The notes under the pieces were generated by a model. It was not told the origin of the DNA and did no database searches. It was given only the letters and a program-made list of their open reading frames with translations. Positions 12,445-24,523 of a stretch of 54,341 nucleotides of DNA are shown piece by piece. The DNA comes from Trypethelium eluteriae. Taxonomy: Eukaryota. Both the position numbers and the translations under genes were made by a program. The stretch covers positions 62,001 through 116,341 of the forward strand of contig JAVECL010000012.1 of assembly GCA_051942245.1 (NCBI GenBank), read 5' to 3'. The first letter of the stretch is position 1. Each line of letters opens with the position of its first letter.

Positions 12445-13515
12445 GATGAGCGGAAGGGAGAAAGGGGAGAAAGACGACGAGGGCAAGGATTAAAGTGAGG
12501 AATGTTTCATGAAAGGATTTCGAGGAAGCTAGGCCTTGGGTGAGCGGCCTGCTGTCCTCGGTGGTGGAGAGAGAGAGAGCGAGAAGGCTGCTGTGTAGGT
12601 GGCTGTTTCTGGCGAACCCAAGGAAGTTGATGATGCTGGTCCTGTCGCCGGCCTGCAGCGGACGCAAACACGCCAAACTCGTCTGAGCAATCTCCTTCAG
12701 CTGCCGATACCTTAGGGGATAAACGCCGTGCCACGACCGTGGACAGGTTGGGAAACGAGTCGGTGTAGATGTCAAAGAGGAAGCGAACGAAGCAAAATAT
12801 GAGGAAAATGCTGGCTTCGAAGCAGCAGGCAGAAGTTCTTTTAGCTATCCTGCTGCTTGCTATTGTGCTCCCTCACTCTATTGAACGGTCCCCAGCCACC
12901 TCCCCCGCGAAAATATAAAATACCTGTAAAGTACGGAGTACCAAGGCCAGCCCGTGTTCGAAGAACAAAGATATTGGCCCACCTGACTCATATGCTCCCG
13001 AAACTTCAAATTAGCATGTTGTCACTTGCAGTACTGAGTTTGGATACTCGAATAACATAAGCTACTAAATACGTCGCTCCTGAAAAGGCAATCGTGCTGG
13101 TCCCGAACAGGCAATTTTGCCCTGCAATTCCAATAAAAAGCCGTCTAGTCCCACTACCCAGTCAAAATCTGAAAAAAAAAACAGGAAAAAAATATATAGG
13201 CGGTTAAGATATGTCTGCGATATTTTAGACTGAGTATGGTGTACTCAAAGATATGTATATCCGCTGAGTCGGATGGGAGTCGTTTGACTATTATGTAGGT
13301 GGACATTGACTGATACGGCTTATGCACTTCGCCGGATTGGAGGGGCATGGTGTGATGGTGATGAAAGTTAAGGTACTTTGGCTTGTGGGTTGATAAGGTG
13401 ACCATTGCCGGTGACTCCGGTCTCTCGAGTCATCTCTCCACCAAAAAACTGACACTTCCTTTTGATCCCTCTTCCTCGCCAGTCGCTGCACCACGGGCTC
13501 AATCATCGGAATACC

Positions 13516-14994
13516 ATGGCAGAGGCGAATATTACAGTGCTCGGGTGAGCCCTCCCAGAAGCTGACCTCACCGTTTTCTAGTCCTGCATAGCCCAACAGA
13601 GCTGATCTGCGGTCAGCGCTGGAGTCGTCGGCTTGACCACCGCCCTTTTACTCTCAAAGAATCCAAAGTACAATGTCACTATTGTTGCAAAGCACATGCC
13701 TGGCGACTATGACATTGAATATGCTTCGCCCTGGGCAGGGGCAAATTATTTTCCGTACGTGCAGACTAAGTGTTTCACCTTTACCCGTTGCGTGTAGACT
13801 GTTTGATGTGACTGTTTGATGTGATCAATCATGTTTCAAAAGCGCCCCTGCAGTAGCACAGTGTTACGCTAGCATGTCATCGCTATCTTCGCCGTTTCCC
13901 AAGTACTAATTACAGAGGGCTGCAGTGTTGCCAAGCCAGGCTCCTTGGGTGAACAGTATGAACGAAATACATGGCCAGAACTGAAGCGCCTGGCGTCGCA
14001 TCTACCAGAAGCGGGCGTTCATTTCCAAGGTCCCGATCCTTTTCTTCTCGTCTGTCTCCTAACTTTTCTCACTTTTCTTGCAGACTCTACCGTGTATAAT
14101 CGGACAAAAGATGCTGGCTCCGCAACTCAAGTATGGTTCTCCGAGCTCCTGAAGCCTGATGCATGGTTCAAAGAAGTCATGCCAAACGTATGTCAATTTT
14201 TTACAGTCGCTATGACCCAAGCTTCAGATCATCACGCATTTGCTCCGTGTGACAGCTTTTGACCTTACTCACCATCTTGGCAGTTCCGAGTTCTGCCCCA
14301 AAATGAGTTACCCGAGGGCATTGATTCGGCTACTGGTTTCACTTCCGTTTGTATCAATGTTTCCATATACCTGCCCTGGCTGGCTTCTCAATGTTTGAAG
14401 AATGGTGTGGTGTTGAAACGCGGCATTGTTAATCATGTTGCCGACGCCGCTGATCATCATCATACCGGAAAGAGAGCAGATGTCGTGGTGAACTGTACCG
14501 GACTCAACTCGAGATTCTTGAATGGCGTCAATGATGGAAAAGTCTTTCCAGCGCGTGGCCAAATCGTCGTTGTCCGAAATGAGCCCGGCATTATGACGAG
14601 TATCTCTGGAACGGATGACGGATCCGAAGAGGCGACATACATCATGCAACGAGCCGCCGGTGGAGGCACCATTCTTGGCGGATGTTATCAAGTGAACAAT
14701 TGGGATTCACAACCGGATCCGAACCTTGCTACGAGGATAATGAAGCGATGTATTGAACTTGCACCCACATTGACGAATGGAAAAGGGATCGAGGCCCTGA
14801 GTATCATTCGGCATGGAGTTGGGTTGCGACCAGTACGTGAAGGTGGCCAAAGAATTGAGAAAGAACGCCTTGGCGATGTTGCGGTCGTCCACAATTACGG
14901 TCATGGTGGCTATGGCTACCAAACCTCGTATGGGACAGCCGAGAAGGCGGTGAGGTTGGTGGAGTCAGCGTTAGAACCAGCTGCGAGATTGTGA
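13516..14994 (+). CDS. DAO: D-amino-acid oxidase, peroxisomal (C-terminal PTS1 -ARL)
   Basis: Exons 13516-13544, 13617-13754, 13926-14029, 14084-14187 and 14284-14994. Motifs [30 protein letters not shown] and [11 protein letters not shown]. Ends ARL*. Confidence 0.93.
13797..13822. repeat. 13-bp direct tandem duplication (GACTGTTTGATGT x2) in DAO intron 2
   Basis: Read directly from the sequence. Confidence 0.8.
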
Positions 14995-15288
14995 CACCTC
15001 GGTCGAGACGAGGTAGATGACTGAGTAATGGGAAGCACCCTACAGCTTTCCGAGACTGTTCCTTATCTTGTCAGTTCTCGTATAAGTCCATTGAGAGAGC
15101 CATCTTACCGCCGCCGACCGGTCGCCTTACACACTACCAAGACTACCTTCTTTTATGTCTCATTCATTTCCTGCTAGCCAAATAGCGAATCTTGGCATGA
15201 GGCTACATAGTGTGCCATTTCACGTTCACAGTTAAGCCCTTCCTTCCACTTGTTATTCTTCGAGGCCGTATTCGAAGCATCTCGTCTT

Positions 15289-16902
15289 CTAAGTGAGCTC
15301 TGCTCTAGACCTCATGGCGGTTCCAGCTAGAACTGCAGCCCCAATGACTCCGCCATCGAGCGCTTCCTTCAGGACGATTTGTTTACCTTGATTTCTCCAG
15401 GAACTGTTTCTAATCAGCTCATTCATCCAGTATTCACATGATTGACGGTATCCAGGATTCGAGGAAATGAGACCACCGGTATAAGCGACGACAAGCTCTT
15501 CCTCTACAAAATCCTCGTCCTTGTTTCGCTTGGCAAGCTCATCATTTAGACCCTGTAGCGTAATATCCCCAGCAAGTGCAAGTAAGCCAACCACATAAGC
15601 TGCCATCAAGGCTGCAGAACGATCCATCACTGCCTTGCTGATGGGCTGGACAATGGCTTTCAAGGCAGTAGGAAATTTAGCAAAGGGTTCTGCCAATGAG
15701 TTCACGTCACTGTCAAGTGCAGCAGCAGCAGCAACAGAGGCTGTCGAAATAGAGTTTTGGGTAATCAGCAAAGGGAGTATTTTGTCCATGCCGTTGCCGT
15801 GTGAGACGATATCGTGTAGGACGAGTCGCACAATCTCGCCCAAGTATCGGCCTGCCGTCATGTACTCGAATGGCTGAAAGCCTCGGAAGTTTGGCGGAAG
15901 GTGCTCATCCAACTGCTTGTCCCACTTCGTTGGAATATCCAGCTCGAAGAGAGGATCGCCGGTCGGATGGACTGACCATTCTGTATTGGTGACAATCGCA
16001 TCGGCTTCCGCGGAGTCTCCAATGAAGCTTGTTCTGCTATGAGCAGTCTTAGAGGAGGAGAAATAGTCAAGTCTCAAAGGTATAGCTGCATTGGTACCAG
16101 TGCCCGCTATCAAGCCCATAGCCGTTCGACTATTTGGCCGTGCCTTGACTGCGTAGGCTACGGAGATGAACGTAGAGATCGTATCATTCGCAATGGCTAC
16201 GAGTTTAAGTTTTGGCAGCTTATAGGAAGCTTCAAGGCTGGCACTCGACTTGGCCATATTCACCACATTCGCTTCCGCAGCATCACACTGACGCTGATAC
16301 CCGGCGAGCAGCATTTTCCCCAAATTCAAGTTTGAAGTGATGGCAAACCCCTTGCCCATGGGGAGGAGCGTGGCTTCTCCCAAGAGGGTCTGGGTCATGG
16401 GAAAGCTAAAGGTAATGCCAATGAAGAGTTCTTCTTTTTCTGCTGCCGAGAGCTCCGCATAACCGCTTCGAATGACGTCCGTGATACATGCACCGATCCA
16501 TGCGAAAAGGTCCTCGGCTTTGTCTACCTTGAGGTGGTCTTCGATAGGCCATGATCTCTCATGTGCCTTCCTTATCAGCTCTCGAGATGGCCCATCCCCT
16601 CCATCCAAGCCATCTTTGCCAAAGAGCTCGACGAAGCCAACCCTGAGATTAGTCCCTCCAACGTCGATACTAATGAACTTGCCAGTTTCTTCACCAGAAG
16701 GCAAGCCCCTGACGGGCATGGGCAGAAAATGTTGTTCTGATGATAGAGCCAACTGGCGGAACTTGTCGGACACCTTGACCGCCAAAGTATGAAGACATGT
16801 GTACTTGATGCAATCGGTGAACGCTGACAGCGCAGTGTCCAGTGTCGCATCAGCCCCCATCGACTCAGCCCGTGTCGTGTCACCGACTTGGGCTCCAGCC
16901 AT
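15289..16902 (-). CDS. Hexokinase-family protein (atypical/regulatory or GlcNAc-kinase-like subgroup)
   Basis: Motifs DVGGTNLRV, GITFSFP, MGKGF, IANDT, GTGTNA, NTEW, FEYMTAGRYLGE and DGGVIGAA. Single ORF of 537 aa. Confidence 0.88.
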   Translation of the reverse strand: MAGAQVGDTTRAESMGADATLDTALSAFTDCIKYTCLHTLAVKVSDKFRQLALSSEQHFLPMPVRGLPSGEETGKFISIDVGGTNLRVGFVELFGKDGLDGGDGPSRELIRKAHERSWPIEDHLKVDKAEDLFAWIGACITDVIRSGYAELSAAEKEELFIGITFSFPMTQTLLGEATLLPMGKGFAITSNLNLGKMLLAGYQRQCDAAEANVVNMAKSSASLEASYKLPKLKLVAIANDTISTFISVAYAVKARPNSRTAMGLIAGTGTNAAIPLRLDYFSSSKTAHSRTSFIGDSAEADAIVTNTEWSVHPTGDPLFELDIPTKWDKQLDEHLPPNFRGFQPFEYMTAGRYLGEIVRLVLHDIVSHGNGMDKILPLLITQNSISTASVAAAAALDSDVNSLAEPFAKFPTALKAIVQPISKAVMDRSAALMAAYVVGLLALAGDITLQGLNDELAKRNKDEDFVEEELVVAYTGGLISSNPGYRQSCEYWMNELIRNSSWRNQGKQIVLKEALDGGVIGAAVLAGTAMRSRAELT

Positions 16903-17527
16903 TTCAGCAGCCCAGGCTGACCGATGGGGATGAAGGAAGCTTGGAAGGAGGCAGATATGTAGGAAACAAAATTAAGATTGACAGGTACCGCGTCCCCGGC
17001 CCGACGCTGCAGTTCTTGGCCCTCTCCAAACGGTGCTCAGATGCTGGGCTGGTGGGACAAGCTCTTGGCCGTGCCTGACACTCGCACCGTTGGGGCTTAG
17101 TCGCATTGTTTTAGCCGTGCCGATACATGCGGCCCTAGACCGGAAGAGTGCCTCAGCAATTCTAGGGCACTTCTAGGGCCCACGGGACCAATTCATTCCC
17201 ATCAATCGTGATAAAAATCCCCACGCCGCCCTCCATTCGACTCGCTTTTTGTTTCTTCCCTCTCCCGGACGGGGACGCCCACGGTGCCCACTTCGCCCGC
17301 CCCCAATCAAGCTACCTTACCGCTTCGACCGCGTGATGACCTCCCGACCACTCCCCCCTTCACCAAGCTCCGCGTCACCCCCACGATCATGAGCTCCCCC
17401 ACCTATGAACTTATGCAACTGGAATGCCCTCAAAGTGATAGGCTCGATTGCACGCACGTGTAGAGGGAATTCTCGCTGATGCCTGCAGCCTCCTCCTCAT
17501 ATCTTTGGCCCTTCCCATCTTCCCATC

Positions 17528-18370
17528 ATGGTAGAGAAGTCGCACCCAGACCTGTCTAAAGCATCCTCGTCTTCGATCAAGAGCAATTGGCTCCGGAGGC
17601 AGCTTACTCGTGCTTCGGTGGCCCTCTTGAAGAACCGCCGGCCTCGTTCTGGCTCAGTGCTTTTTCTCACACCGACTATCTGCGTCAAATATGGAACAAC
17701 CCAACATGTCGCAGAAGCCCTGGCTATGCAGTACATCGCGACCCACACATCGATCCCAGTACCCAAGGTCCACTGTGCTTTCGAGTGCAAAGGGGTTACC
17801 TATATTGTCATGTCTAGACTTCCGGGAACCACCATTGCTGATGCATGGCACACAAGAACCGACGGCTCGAAAGCACAACTCCTCGAGCAACTGAAGAAGT
17901 TCGTTGATGAGATGCGGAATTTAGACCAACCACGGCAAGGTGTGGTAGAGGGTCTCAACGGTAGCAAGCTGTTCGATCCAAAATTGCCCGAGGGCCGCCA
18001 AGGCTATGGACCATTTGAGTCCATACAGGACTTCCACTCATATTTGCGTCATGGCCTTTCTGGACCTTTCCCTGATCGGCAAGAAGTCGAGGACCTGGTT
18101 GACTGGCAGGAGAACGAAGCTTCTGATTATAACACATGCTTTACTCATGGCGACCTATGCAGCACCAACATATTGGTGGACGGCAACAAGATATCTGGGA
18201 TCGTCGACTGGGAATCAGCTGGATGGTTGCCCGAGTACTGGGAATTTACATCTGCGTGGAATGTGAACATGTACAACGTCTTCTGGAGGTTTGAGCTGGA
18301 GAAGTTCCTTCACCCTTACACCGCGGAGGTCGAGATGGAGCACATCAGATTAAAACACTTTAGCGACTAA
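17528..18370 (+). CDS. Aminoglycoside-phosphotransferase (APH)-like kinase
   Basis: Motifs EALAMQYIATHTSIPVPKV, HGDL..TNILV and GIVDWESAGWLPEYWE. Intronless, 280 aa. Confidence 0.9.
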   Translation: MVEKSHPDLSKASSSSIKSNWLRRQLTRASVALLKNRRPRSGSVLFLTPTICVKYGTTQHVAEALAMQYIATHTSIPVPKVHCAFECKGVTYIVMSRLPGTTIADAWHTRTDGSKAQLLEQLKKFVDEMRNLDQPRQGVVEGLNGSKLFDPKLPEGRQGYGPFESIQDFHSYLRHGLSGPFPDRQEVEDLVDWQENEASDYNTCFTHGDLCSTNILVDGNKISGIVDWESAGWLPEYWEFTSAWNVNMYNVFWRFELEKFLHPYTAEVEMEHIRLKHFSD

Positions 18371-19509
18371 GCACGATCAAAGGTGGCAAGCCTCAGCTCT
18401 ATGAAGAGATCATTGGGGATCAATGAGAGCCTACGACTTGCCAAAATATACATCTCCCGTCGCAACATCCACGAACATGAAGAAGAGAGCGGCCCCAAAA
18501 TCCACTTTCCGTTATTTGGGACTCGCCATGACCATCCGAAAAGGACACTGGGATGGCGACATCTTTGAATCTCAACTATCTATACGTCCCCTCATTCAAG
18601 CCTTTCCCAACGCCCAAATTTCTTCCGCGTCTCTTGTTACAACGAAGCGAGTAGTACGCATGTCTGGAGGAAAACAGCACTCTGGACGTATCATATGCCC
18701 TCAGTTACGCCTGTATTGCATCTTTTGTGCGTGCACAAACTGCTTTTTTTTCTCAAATTTTTCTCCCAGAGATTCCGAGCCTTCAATCTTGACCTTTGAT
18801 TGCATGAAACGTAGAACTGCAATACAGGATCGAACGCTCATCGGATCTAATCCACACCGTGAAATTTTCTGCGTATTCTCTTTTAGTTTGACGCAAAGAA
18901 CTTGGGGTTCTTGTGAAAACAATCTCATACATCAAAGTCCAAGGGGAGTTCGGGTCTCGAAGATGTTAACAGCATCCCGATGAATGTACCACCGTGATTG
19001 GAGCTTGTGACTGTAAAGTAAGTGCCTTACATGGGAATTCCCACATCATCAATTATAGTCTAATAGAACATGGCAGTAAAGCAGCAGTGATGGCAAGACT
19101 TTACGTCCTGTATATGAAACGGAAGGAAACTCGATAGATACCCTATAGATGGCAGTGCATATACATAAAGATCCTAAAATGGTAATTCTGAGATACGCTG
19201 TTGCCTGCATCCAATATAGACACTGGTGCCAGTTCAAGGATAACACCCAGCATCCTATAGACAGCACACCCCTGGAGATAAGCTGAACTGTAGAAGGCAC
19301 ATCGCAACAGCTGAAATTGCCGATCAGATTAACGAGGCAGAGTCCTTGAGGCATTTACAAAGCAGGCATACTTCGCCTGCTTGCTGGAACCTAGGTGTCA
19401 CGTGGCGTTGTCGGATTTTGTGCCTCGAAATAGGCAGCGGATAAATGGAGCTTGGGCTGTCCTGACGGCTTACCCCAATTCAGATCCTTTGCCCAACCAA
19501 GACGCGATA

Positions 19510-20097
19510 ATGAGAAACAAGCCCAGGCTGTGCCTGGCACTTTATGCTCGACCGAAACATCCAGGAACCTACCGTTACGCTCTGCTAGTTTGCACTAAGA
19601 AATTGGACTTGACAGCGGAGAAGTACTGCGTAGAGAAGGTCGCTAAAGTTGGCGATGGTATCGTCTCACAGCTGTGGGTATATGAGACCAGCCAAGTCAA
19701 AGATTTGTCACAGGAGGATCTTTTGCTTGCACGTTTCGTCATCGCCAAGGTATTCAAGCCGGAACGGGTTGACGATATTCTGCAGAGAGTGCCTCTGCAC
19801 CAAACGAAACTGGATCAGGAAGAGGAAACTAGGGAAGTTTCTACGAGCGTTGCCTGGGTTCACTTGGCGCTCGCCAAGCTGCGCGATGCAGGAGTCATCT
19901 CCCGGCTCCAGCCGTGGCAATCAATTCGAGGCCGAGCAGTTCGGTACGTAGAACAGAAGAAAATGGCAGGCCGGTGGGAAGGGATTAACAATGATGGGGA
20001 CGCTGGGAATGCGAATCTCCATCCTGGCAAAATCCCCACTTCTGTTCCGACGTTGGATCTGCTGGGACCGCCGCCCAACTCCGAGGTCACGCCGTGA
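19510..20097 (+). CDS. Conserved fungal hypothetical protein
   Basis: The ATG at 19510 gives MRNKPRLCLALYARPKHPGTY…, resembling a recurring fungal hypothetical family with …LLARFVIAKV…WV..AL…VPTLDLL. Confidence 0.7.
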   Translation: MRNKPRLCLALYARPKHPGTYRYALLVCTKKLDLTAEKYCVEKVAKVGDGIVSQLWVYETSQVKDLSQEDLLLARFVIAKVFKPERVDDILQRVPLHQTKLDQEEETREVSTSVAWVHLALAKLRDAGVISRLQPWQSIRGRAVRYVEQKKMAGRWEGINNDGDAGNANLHPGKIPTSVPTLDLLGPPPNSEVTP

Positions 20098-20198
20098 GCT
20101 CTGACCGACAACGTCAGAGACAACACCTCCCACCTGTCAGATTGGCACGCCTACCCTTCTTTGCATGCCCTTTCCTTCAATATTGAAAGACCGCAGGC

Positions 20199-21507
20199 AT
20201 GTATGAAAAGGTGCTGTCTAGGAGGGTTGTCTACGAGGAGCATGCACCGCAAAAGTCCTTCCAAATCCGCCGGCGGAGAACATGGCTGGCCCTGACTTTA
20301 CTTCTTGCTGCCTCGATCTCGACTCTTTACCTTGTGGATAACCTGCGGCCTTTTTATACCTCTTCCCGGCAATGGCTATCTCAGAAGACCTCCGAATTCA
20401 ATTCCGAGACAATCACCAAAGTTCCTCTGGAGGCACATATTATGCAAGTATACTCCTTGGTGGAAGGCCGACTGTACTGACGTGTAGCGAAGGTCAAAAT
20501 GTCCAGATGCCAAAGATTGTCTCCGTGATCTCATCATACCAACAATGGCAAATGTGTCAGACAAAGTCGACTTCACACTCTCCTTCATCGGAACGTATAG
20601 TGACCCCCGAATCGGCTACTGAAGCTTGACTAAGTTAATCTGCAGTCCCACTGATGATGATGATGGTGTTGATTGCAAACATGGGCCTCAAGAATGTCTA
20701 GGCAACATCCTCGAACTATGTGCCGCCTCTATCTATCCCGATCCAAAAATATACCTAGGCTTCGCAATGTGCCTGACTGGTCATTACGAGGAGATACCTC
20801 AACGAGAGCTTATTTCGGATTGCTCACTCGAGCACGGGATGGACTTTGAGAGACTGAATGATTGTGTTAGTAAAGATGACGGAGCTTACGGCATAGACCT
20901 TTTAAGGCACAGTGTTGTCAGGACAGCAGAAGCCGGCGTCACAAAAAGCTGCACTGTGAGGCTGAAGAATCAAATTAGGACAATTCGCGATGGTGGCAGA
21001 TGGAAGGACTACGAAGGCGGTCATGATGTCGGTGACCTCATTTCGGACATCAAACGGTTATACCAAGCCTCGGACGAGGAATGGGTCCCTCGCAGAGTTC
21101 CACAACCAGCTAATGCAAAGGCGTCAAACTCCAAAACGGCGAAGGCGCATAAGCCGACAAGGATCCCAACGCTATATAATGCACGCCCGAAAGGACCCGA
21201 TGGTACAGCTTCGTTATCCGAGGCTCAATCAATCCTTCCAGCGGAGCCAAATGATCCAGCCGAACCGAATTCACCTATCGAGCCCCTCACCTCTTCAGAC
21301 TTCCTAACAGAATTCGAAGTACCTACAATTACAACTCCGTCTTACTCGACTCTAATCACGTCTACCCTTGACCAATCTACTATCACGACGCCAAGTATTG
21401 GTGCATCAGCTCATCAACCCCCCGAGCTACTTACTTCTATCTCTACCGAGCTTCTTTCAGCATACGAACCCTCTGATCTCCCTGGTGAGGCAGTGCAGGA
21501 GTTTTGA
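20199..21507 (+). CDS. GILT-like (gamma-interferon-inducible lysosomal thiol reductase) protein with N-terminal TM anchor and long P/S/T-rich tail
   Basis: VPLEAHIM|SKCPDAKDC, VDFTLSFIG, CKHGPQECLGN and SCTVRL. Introns 20444-20492 (GC-AG) and 20595-20645. Confidence 0.88.
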
Positions 21508-21834
21508 TTCAAATAACGAAGCCATGGAAGTTTTGAATTATTTGCATTGGCATTGGGTGGGATTTTGGTCTTCGTTGCCATCCAGAATCATGGCTTAGTC
21601 TTTCAAGTCGAGATACCCAGAGAATTGCTCCTCCACAAACGCATTATCATCTTGCTACGCGCTCTTATATGAAATCCTGCACTCTTCCAGATCTCAATCC
21701 GAAGTTCGTAGGTTGTGCACTTCTCAAACATCCCAGCTATTCCCGGGACTCTTGGCCTCTTAAGAATTTTGCGCGCATACCCGACGAGTTTGGTGGCTTT
21801 TATATAGATGGTATGAGATCTAACGCGTACATAT

Positions 21835-22695
21835 CTATTGAAATTCCCCAAATTCCCCGTCATCAAACCCCATCTCCTGTGCCGGCGTCTTCTCCTTTTC
21901 CGGCGTCACTCCCCTACTTCTGCTCCTACTTCTTTCAGCCTTCACATCACTCGCACTCGGAGGTGGAGGCAGAAACGGCATTGATGAACCACTACCACCT
22001 GGCGCTGGCGGCTTCAGGGAGAACAATGTCTCACTATCCTTCTTCTCTGTCTCTGCTCGCCCGTTTCTCCTCCCCTTCTCCCCAATATTCACCGTAATTG
22101 TCTCTCCCTCCTTTAAGCTCCAGTCTTTCTTCTCCGCCTCCTTCGCCTTCACCCTCATCACTGCGTCCTTCCCTACCTTACCCGCCGCCCCGGCTCCAAT
22201 CTCTCGGCCCACTGCTCCGCCTTCCATACCCGACACCTTCCTCGCCTCTTGCAGCGCAATTCCAAAGTCCAGGGCCTCGCTCCGCTCCTCGAATCCCAGA
22301 CCCAGCGTCGCTTTCCGTCCGCCCTCCCCAATGACTCGCAGCGCGAAGAAGCGGGAGCTGTCGTTCGCCTGCTCGACCGTTGCTGGAGTGGTGTATGGTG
22401 CTGCGGCGAAGAGCTCACCTGTTTTAGGGTCCTCAAGCAGGATGTCGGTCTTGACGTTTTCGCCGGTAGGGGAGGCAGGGTTTGGGATGGCGGTCTCCAT
22501 GACGCGGAGGCCGGCGGTGAAAATCTGTTGAGCTGTAGGGGCAGAGGGATGCGTCCAAGAGGAGGCGGAGTAGCCTTTGGTGGTGGTCAGAGGGGGAATG
22601 GCGTAGACGTGGACGGCTGAGGTGACGTGGAGGATGCGTTGGATCGAGTCTTGGGGGAGGGGAAGAGAGGTAGTTGGGTCAACGGGAGTAGCCAT
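21835..22695 (-). CDS. NECAP-like adaptin ear-binding coat-associated protein
   Basis: VHVYAIPP, LEDPKTGELFAAAPY, DSSRFFALRV, LGLGFEERSEALDF, WSLKEGETITVNIG and C-terminal FGEFQ. Confidence 0.92.
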   Translation of the reverse strand: MATPVDPTTSLPLPQDSIQRILHVTSAVHVYAIPPLTTTKGYSASSWTHPSAPTAQQIFTAGLRVMETAIPNPASPTGENVKTDILLEDPKTGELFAAAPYTTPATVEQANDSSRFFALRVIGEGGRKATLGLGFEERSEALDFGIALQEARKVSGMEGGAVGREIGAGAAGKVGKDAVMRVKAKEAEKKDWSLKEGETITVNIGEKGRRNGRAETEKKDSETLFSLKPPAPGGSGSSMPFLPPPPSASDVKAERSRSRSRGVTPEKEKTPAQEMGFDDGEFGEFQ

Positions 22696-23149
22696 TGTCT
22701 ACCTGTAGTAAGCTGGAGACGGCGACTGAGGCGGAAAGGGAGGCTCATCCAATGCGGGATGGTCCTAGGATGTAGATATACGGCGAAGAAAGGCTCTGTA
22801 GTATTCAGGGAGTCATTATTGTATTGGAATGCATTACTATGTTCAGCAACGAAGGTGTCCCTGAAGTGAATTAGAGCTACAATCAGTGAATTCGGTTGAA
22901 AGAAGGGTAATGGTAGTTGTCTCGGAAGTGTTTTAAAAAAAAAAAGAACCTGAGTGAGATTGGCCTTGCTTTACCTAGCTTTAGCTTCCTAACAACCAAA
23001 TGCCCCACTCTTGACTTGCCGCAGCTTGGAAAATGTGATAATAAGCCGCCGAATTTTTTTGCACCTCATTTCGATTTACAATCATGTAACCTTCACGACA
23101 ATCGGATTCAGCCCTTATTCCTCCATATACTAGCATTCGTCTAATCATC

Positions 23150-24523
23150 ATGACAGAAACAGGTTCTCTTGGTATGTCGTTCTTACCCTCCATGCTCATA
23201 AAAGGACCCATCAATTCTCAATTACTCAATGTTCTAATGCAAACTCTCAGCGCGACCTTCCCTCTCCCAACCTACCTTTACAAACAGCGCTCAACCGTTC
23301 GATATCGTCTCTACCTACCATTCCCTCCTCGCCCATGATCCCGACCTCACCATGCCCGTCGCCGCCATCGAATCCCTCGTCCTCTGCCTCTCTTCCCACC
23401 CCAGTACCACCATCTCGGAAACCCTCGACCTCTTACACACCTCAACCCAGCGCCTCAAAGACCACGTCCCAAACCCCATATCCCTCTCCGCCGGCACCGA
23501 CCTCTTCCAGCGCTACCTCGTCACCCAACTCCAAGCCACCAAACCCGCCGGAACTCCCCTCGGCGGAGGCAGCACTGGCAGCACCACTCGATCCGGATCC
23601 GGCTATCTTGGTCTTGGTGGCGATTTCAATGCCGTGCGCGCCCACCTGCTCTCCAATGGCCGGCTGTTCGTCGAGCGCGCGAAGGCGAGCCGGCAGCGCA
23701 TTGCGGGCTTTGGCCGACACTTCATCCGGGACGGGACGACGGTGCTGACCAACGGTGGAAGTCGCGTCGTAGGCGCCGTATTGCGGGGTGCTGCTGAGGG
23801 GGATGCGAAGAGCGGGGTCGGCGCCGTGCGATTTCGGGTCGTGTACGTGATGGGAGGGGCGGAGGAGGAGAGAGGTGGGAGCGAAGGTGGGGAGGAAATG
23901 GAGGGTACGAAGACAGTGAAGGCATTGAGAGCGCTGGGTGTGCCGGTGGCGACAATACCCGAGTCGGCGGTGGCGTACGCACTGGGAAGGGTGGATATGA
24001 TGATTGTGGGGGCTGAAGGGGTGGTGGAGAATGGAGGAATCATTTCGAGGTTAGGCACATATCAGATGGGAATGCTAGCGAAGGCGGCAGGAAAGCCCTT
24101 CTATGTGGTGGCAGAGAGCCACAAATTTGTGAGACTCTATCCCCTGAGTCAGTATGATCTACCGATTGAACAAAGGGTTATCGAATTTGAAGTGAGCAAA
24201 GACCAGAAGGTTGAGGACGAAAAAGACAGTATACCTAGAGAGTCTTTCGACGTGGGTGAGGATGAGGGCGTTGTCATGGATTCTACGGAAAACGATTTCA
24301 AAGAGAAGACACAGACGACCACTTCGATGAAAGCCAATGGGCCCAGGGATGCTGTTGATTTCACAGTAAGTTACAATTGTCGATTCATAAGCAGCATTTA
24401 TACCAGGAGAGTTCGAGACTAATCTATCGATAGCCACCAGATTTGATCTCCGGAATTATTACAGAGAGTGGCGTCTTAACACCCAGCGCGGTCAGCGAAG
24501 AGCTGATCAAGATTTGGTTCTGA
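23150..24523 (+). CDS. GCN3: Translation initiation factor eIF2B subunit alpha
   Basis: MPVAAIESL, SLSAGTDLF, VGAEGVVENGGII, PFYVVAESHKFVRLYPL and DFT|PPDLISGIITESGVLTPSAVSEELIK. Introns 23172-23250 and 24367-24433. Confidence 0.95.

Noticed and set aside
13755..13925. Longer DAO intron 2 as a stwintron or snoRNA host
   Set aside because: Removing the internal GT…TAG does not rebuild a valid donor, and there is no convincing C/D box pair.
18383..19380. ORFs between the APH gene and the next gene, and a GTTCGATC T-loop-like word
   Set aside because: No coherent gene model, and the T-stem does not pair, so it is not a tRNA.
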